The translations under genes were made by a program, and so were the position numbers. A DNA stretch of 63,998 bases, the filler included, from Lenisia limosa (taxonomy: Eukaryota; Protista; Breviatea): NCBI GenBank assembly GCA_001655205.1. It is 12 parts of 12 records of this genome, joined end to end, with 100 filler letters (N's around TTAATTAATTAA, not from the genome) between each part and the next. Parts side by side here need not be neighbours in the genome. Positions count along the whole stretch, not along the records: positions 58,996 to 61,677 come from LPNZ01008447.1; positions 61,778 to 62,845 come from LPNZ01007065.1; positions 62,946 to 63,998 come from LPNZ01006033.1; 9 more parts are not named here. The stretch is one strand, 5' to 3'. The notes under the pieces were generated by a model, which had not been told where the DNA came from, did not search any database, and was given only the letters and a program-made list of their open reading frames with translations. Positions 59,220 through 63,998 of the stretch are shown here, one piece after another (the first letter of the stretch is position 1; each line of letters opens with the position of its first letter).

Positions 59220-61590
59220 CAGTGACATTGGCGAAAGTTCCCTTTTCACAAGCAGTGCACACGGAAGCCGTAGTGTTACTGTACATGCCCAATGGGCATG
59301 GCTNNNNNNNNNNNNNNNNNNNNNNNNNNNNNNNNNNNNNNNNNNNNNNNNNNNNNNNNNNNNNNNNNNNNNNNNNNNNNNNNNNNNNNNNNNNNNNNNN
59401 NNNNNNNNNNNNNNNNNNNNNNNNNNNNNNNNNNNNNNNNNNNNNNNNNNNNNNNNNNNNNNNNNNNNNNNNNNNNNCCCACCTGTAGGTGAAGGCTGTT
59501 CCTGTACCCCGCATGGAAGACAAGCTGTCTGAACTCCGATCTGACAAGTCAAAAAAAACGCCATTAGAGAAAGTGAGGATTTGTTTATGGTAACCATATG
59601 CATTTATTTATTTGCCTAGATTTATTAAACTGTAATATATAGGATATGTATGAGAAGATATTATTCTTGCAAAACAAAATATTTTGATTACTACATGTAA
59701 CACCAGTAGTGGTCGTTGAGAAGATCAGATAAACAACAATGAAACGCACAGGGTTATAGTGGCCGGAAGCACAGGGTAAACACGGCCCTGAAGTGCTGGA
59801 CAAATAGGCCCCGCCATAGGTACAGTCCGGCGCTATGGGTCTAATGACAGAATGGAATAGAGTCGGCCTGCGGGGGGAAGGGGGAGGGAAGAGTAAATTT
59901 GGAAAATTTATGGAATAAAATGTCCAAAATCAACTCTGTTGAGCTATAAATGCACCCATCACCAGACCCCCCCACGTGACAGAATGAAAGAAGTCCAGCC
60001 TGAAAACGCCGGCAGTTCCAGGGGCAAACGAGACGTTGAAGAGATAGTTCGTATCCGATGTGGCTGATTCAAGCGAATATGGCACAACCGTCTGTGGGGG
60101 GGGGGGGGGNNNNNNNNNNNNNNNNNNNNNNNNNNNNNNNNNNNNNNNNNNNNNNNNNNNNNNNNNNNNNNNNNNNNNNNNNNNNNNACAACACACGAGG
60201 GTAGATAACAAAACAAAGAAAGCCCAGGCCAGTCGCTTCTGAAGCACAATGGTGGGGTGAGGATTGTGGGTAATATAGTACAAAGGTAGTAAGATAAATA
60301 ATCTTGAGAGGTGGGAGACATAGTATTATATGCATATATGGAGACAGAGAGAGAGGCAATAAGAAAGAGTGTGGCTATGAGGGAAGGGGAGGGGGGTAGG
60401 CTTTCCCTTTGACGGTACAATCTAACTGACTGTATCATTTTCGTTTTTCCTACCTCAACATTGGGGAAAATATCAGTCTGGGTGAAGACGATATCCAAGG
60501 GCAGTCGTAAGGACGTCATAGCATTACTGTAAATGTCTTCGATGACAAGAGGAATGGAGTAGTTGACTCCCACGTGGACTGCAATCGTGAGTTGTAACCG
60601 TTACGTTCCTAAGAAAACTCGTAGCATCCTTATCTTCAATTGCATCTCCTCCTCTCCACAAGATTCCATGATTTCCCACCCCTAATACTCAAGTACTACG
60701 TACCCCCACCTTCAATTAACAAACTTTCCTCCAAAAGACCTCTCAATAAACCACCAAGCTGCACCCCACATCCCCCAAACATTCAGGAATATTTGCGTCA
60801 CAATCAGTGCAAAGAGGTGCTTTGCTGTGCAAGAAGACCTGCAAAGAGTTAGAACAAGAGTGACCAAAGTGGCTGTCTCCTCCCTTCTCATTTTTCAGAA
60901 CTATACGTTCCTACAGTTTTGTATTCACCCCCCCTGAATGCTTGCTATAATGTTGTCTCAATTAGCTAGACAATTGGGAAACACTCATATACCATACGTA
61001 ATATAATAATTGCTATGTATACTACTATGATGTATTGGGTGTGAAAAGGAATACACGCCTCACCCCTCCCCCACGGTTTTGTATTCACCAATCTGAAAGT
61101 TCTGGCCGGGACCGAAGTAGTCCATAATCCACACACTGGTGTTGTAACTTCCTGAAAGGTTGAGAAAGAGATTGATCAAGAGTATATCTAGAGACCAGGA
61201 AAAAGTCCTGACCAATTTGCTCTATGATTTCCCAAGGAAAATCGGTCAAGACTTATCCCGGTCACTGTAGCTTCCTGAAAGGTTGATAAAGAGTACACAC
61301 TAATATTCATGAGGCTTCTTGAAAAGTGAGTACATTAAGAGTTGTAAATAGCTGTGTCATTGCTTTCTGACACGTTAGTTAGCTGACAGTAGTAACAGAC
61401 TTCCAACAAATAAAACCAATTTCACACACCTCAAAATAGAAATTTGTTTGTATTATCCAAGACAAACTAAAAAGTACTCTCACATTTCCCCAAGCCCAAA
61501 TACCTGCCGTGGTGCTCAAAGAGAACTTCTTGTAGTAGTAGTTGTTGGACGCGCCAATGACTACATCTGAATACGGCGTTCCACTGGAAA
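59220..61590 (-). CDS. Partial surface protein with Ig-like and GCC2/GCC3-type Cys repeats
   Basis: Exons YYYKKFSLSTT, IEDIYSNAMTSLRLPLDIVFTQTDIFPNVEVGK, TVVPYSLESATSDTNYLFNVSFAPGTAGVFRLDFF, CTYGGAYLSSTSGPCLPCASGHYN and PCPLGMYSNTTASVCTACEKGTFAN. Confidence 0.7.
60092..60247 (-). repeat. Family C intron-length repeat (representative copy, GT to AG)
   Basis: Begins gtgcttcagaagcgactggcctgggctttc and ends ccccccccccacag. Homologous segments at ~3260-3367(+), 7400-7570(-), 9277-9367(-), 40625-40706(+), 41716-41760(+), 59868-59945(-), 62376-62500(-) and 62650-62695(-). Confidence 0.75.
61189..61267. mobile_element. Tc1/mariner-type MITE, second copy
   Basis: Right end aatcggtcaagacttatcccggtcactg|ta, with a degenerate left end. 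Confidence 0.7.
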
Positions 61591-61809
61591 ATAAGCAGGG
61601 AATTGGGAGACGGTTTGGTTAAACTGGGGTTTATTGGTTACACCCATGTGAAATAATAATTATCCAAAGGCTTTTCANNNNNNNNNNNNNNNNNNNNNNN
61701 NNNNNNNNNNNNNNNNNNNNNTTAATTAATTAANNNNNNNNNNNNNNNNNNNNNNNNNNNNNNNNNNNNNNNNNNNNTCATCCCTTCACACTTTATTCAC
61801 ACACCTCCC

Positions 61810-62375
61810 CCACCTAGATTGACGACTTCACAGGCGGAGCCGTCGTAGTATTTGTTAAAGTCTTGACAGTGGCAGTCCTCAAATGACTCCTGGAGAAAGT
61901 CAAATTGGGCATAACTAAGTCTTCACTTCAGTTCGAAAACAATCGGTAAAATATCGATACTTTTCGAGGATTAACGAAAAATTCACTCGGGATAACAAAT
62001 GAGGAAGGACTGAATTTCTCGACAAACTCTCGGGAAACTCTCGGACAAATTCTCTGGCAATTCTCAATAAATACTAATTAATCCTCCAAATACTACCGAG
62101 AAAAAAACGATAGAAGGCTCTTTAATACGACAGTATAGGATGTAATTCTTTGAGGATTTGACGAAGTGATCCTCTCTCCAATCACAATTCCTACATAAAT
62201 ACACTTTTAGTAATCTTACACATACCCGGTCCTTGTAAATCAGTCTTCTTACACGTCCTTTACACATTTCCTATCTAAGATCCTGCCCCCCCCCTCCTCA
62301 CTTTCGGTGCGTATGCGGCCATACTATTCGGACAAAGGCCTTGTGTGCCGTTGGCATTTCGATATTCATTCCAAG
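61810..62375 (-). CDS. Fragments of a Cys-rich protein gene
   Basis: Exons WNEYRNANGTQGLCPNSMAAYAPK and ESFEDCHCQDFNKYYDGSACEVVNL. Confidence 0.55.
61916..61980. mobile_element. Family A MITE, truncated
   Basis: taagtcttcacttcagttcgaaaacaatcggtaaaatatcgatac. Confidence 0.7.
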
Positions 62376-62549
62376 CTGGGGGGGGGGGGATACAATTGGA
62401 GAATTGATGAAACAAAAAGACCAAAATCAACTCTGTTGCTGACAACGAGAGGGTTGATAACAAAACAAACAAAGGCCAGACCAGTCGCTTCTGCAACACC
62501 NNNNNNNNNNNNNNNNNNNNNNNNNNNNNNNNATCAATATACATCAAAA

Positions 62550-62772
62550 TAACAAACAAATATACATCATCGATATACATGTATGTATTTCGAGAGTTTA
62601 GCGATAATTTTCTTACTAGAGTGCAGTCCTTGTTAAACAAATGATGTGTCTGTTGGCTGACAACACACGAGGGCTAATAACAACAAAACAAACAAATATA
62701 CTTCATCGATATACATATATGTATTTCGAGAGTTGATAAATTTCTTACCAGAGTGAAGTTCTTGTTAAACTA
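62550..62772. repeat. Tandem duplication of about 90-130 bp (intronic)
   Basis: aacaaacaaatatac.tcatcgatatacat.tatgtatttcgagagtt...ttcttac.agagtg.agt.cttgttaaac occurs twice. Confidence 0.8.
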
Positions 62773-62949
62773 ATGAATGTATAAGTCGTACCCCCTGAGT
62801 GCAAACAGAAATACCAAATGTGTCCTAATTTTGACAAAAACTTGTNNNNNNNNNNNNNNNNNNNNNNNNNNNNNNNNNNNNNNNNNNNNTTAATTAATTA
62901 ANNNNNNNNNNNNNNNNNNNNNNNNNNNNNNNNNNNNNNNNNNNNATAG

Positions 62950-63950
62950 GCGACGTACCTCTCAACAACGGGCAGGTTATCTTCTCCACCGCCAAAGACC
63001 CAAATGAAGATCGTCTGATCGCTATTTCGTGTGGCTTCCCCGGTGTGCGGAGGATGGCCGAAAGAAATGATTTGTGTGCTGATTCATTTTGCTTCTTGTT
63101 TGGCATTTTGCTTCCCAGTTCGTGTTCATGAGTACATTCGGTTAAAGGGCCACTAGGGCTTCACTTCAGTCCGAAAATGACAGATTATCGATAGTTTTCG
63201 AGGATTTATGAGAAATTCAGTCTTTTTTCGAACCGAAGTGAAGCTCCAAGGGAAACAAAAAAAATCATGGTGTACCATAAACAAATTAGCAAAGTAACAT
63301 CCTAGGGGACTTTGAGGTTTTGAAGTACACCTATTATGACGAGTGCTCTACGCCGTATGTGGGGGTGGGGGGAAAGAAAGAAGAAAAAAAAAGGAGAAAA
63401 AATTGGGGAAAAAATTGGAAAAAAAATGGAAAATAATTGGAAAATAATTCCGTATTTTTCTCTGGGCACAAGAAAGTCTTTTTAAAAACAGTCATTTCCT
63501 TGTTTCGTTATCTTTTCCCGGCAAATTCGCTAGGATCAAGTGTAGTATCTGTTCTATGCGCTGTGACAAGCGCATTCCGGATCCACGGATCCGGTCCTTG
63601 TCACGCCATTCTTTGGAATGGTAGTGGAGCTCGTCAGGTGTCAGCTTGCTGGCTTACCAATGAGCATACCCGGTGTGACTCGAGAGCATGCACCCCTCTC
63701 TCAGTCGCCCGCCCACTACTATTATTATTACATTTTCTAAAATAAATACTTAGTTTGATTTCTGTTTCAATACCCAAGGAAGTCACCTTTTCTGCCGGGC
63801 GAGAAAAAAAAAAACACCACGTACCCAATTTGGGTTGTTTTATAGATTTCCTTCGTTTCACTCCCCTTACCCCCCAGATGCCACCGGGGCTTATGCGTCG
63901 CCAACAAGTGCCGATGCCACCTAGGGTTCACCGGAGAGGCCTGCGACGTT
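62950..63950 (+). CDS. Partial EGF-like (tenascin-type) domain protein gene
   Basis: Exon CHRGLCVANKCRCHLGFTGEACD at ~63878-63948, and upstream exon GDVPLNNGQVIFSTAKDPNEDRLIAISCGFP. Confidence 0.7.
63154..63248. mobile_element. Family A MITE, 95 bp
   Basis: tagggcttcac...gtgaagctcca with TSD agggccac/agggaaac. Confidence 0.85.
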
Positions 63951-63998
63951 TTTATCCAGGCTCACGAGTGAGGAGGGGGGTGATCATTTAGATACTAT

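Noticed and set aside
4047-62901. Regularly recurring TTAATTAATTAA palindrome as a biological motif
   Set aside because: It is always embedded in N runs and identical each time, so it is a contig-joining linker. Gene neighbourhoods across it were not interpreted.
65-63991. Most ORFs in the supplied six-frame track
   Set aside because: They run through N gaps, introns or MITEs, or are shadow frames of spliced exons, so they were not accepted as genes.
1-63998. Genome-wide reassigned stop codons
   Set aside because: RAD52 and Dispatched-like exons use TGG for Trp and CAA/CAG for Gln and show no in-frame stops. Regions with stops mostly also have frameshifts.

Overview
This is eukaryotic (protist-like), AT-rich genomic DNA made of 12 contigs joined by N-flanked TTAATTAATTAA linkers, so adjacency across linkers means nothing. 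The small contigs carry very intron-rich host genes in the standard code: a Dispatched/Patched-type SSD-RND membrane protein, RAD52, several Cys-rich surface proteins (PSI, GCC2/GCC3-like, EGF) and unidentified genes. The 31-kb contig (9468-40335) is mostly decayed DNA. It holds a frameshifted Polinton/PLV-type major capsid gene with a possible minor capsid gene upstream, a USP-like protease pseudogene, a Lys-rich H1-like remnant, MYND and ankyrin remnants, triplicated paralogues and many DNA-transposon derivatives. Introns carry several short repeat families: a ~100-bp hAT-type MITE (8-bp TSDs), TTAA/Kolobok-type and TA/Tc1-type MITEs, a small cUUCGg hairpin element, and a ~150-nt family that seems to span whole introns from GT to AG (Introner-like). 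Many introns start with GT plus a G-run and end with a C-run plus AG. All protein family calls come from manual translation and motif recall, not database searches, and exon boundaries are approximate.
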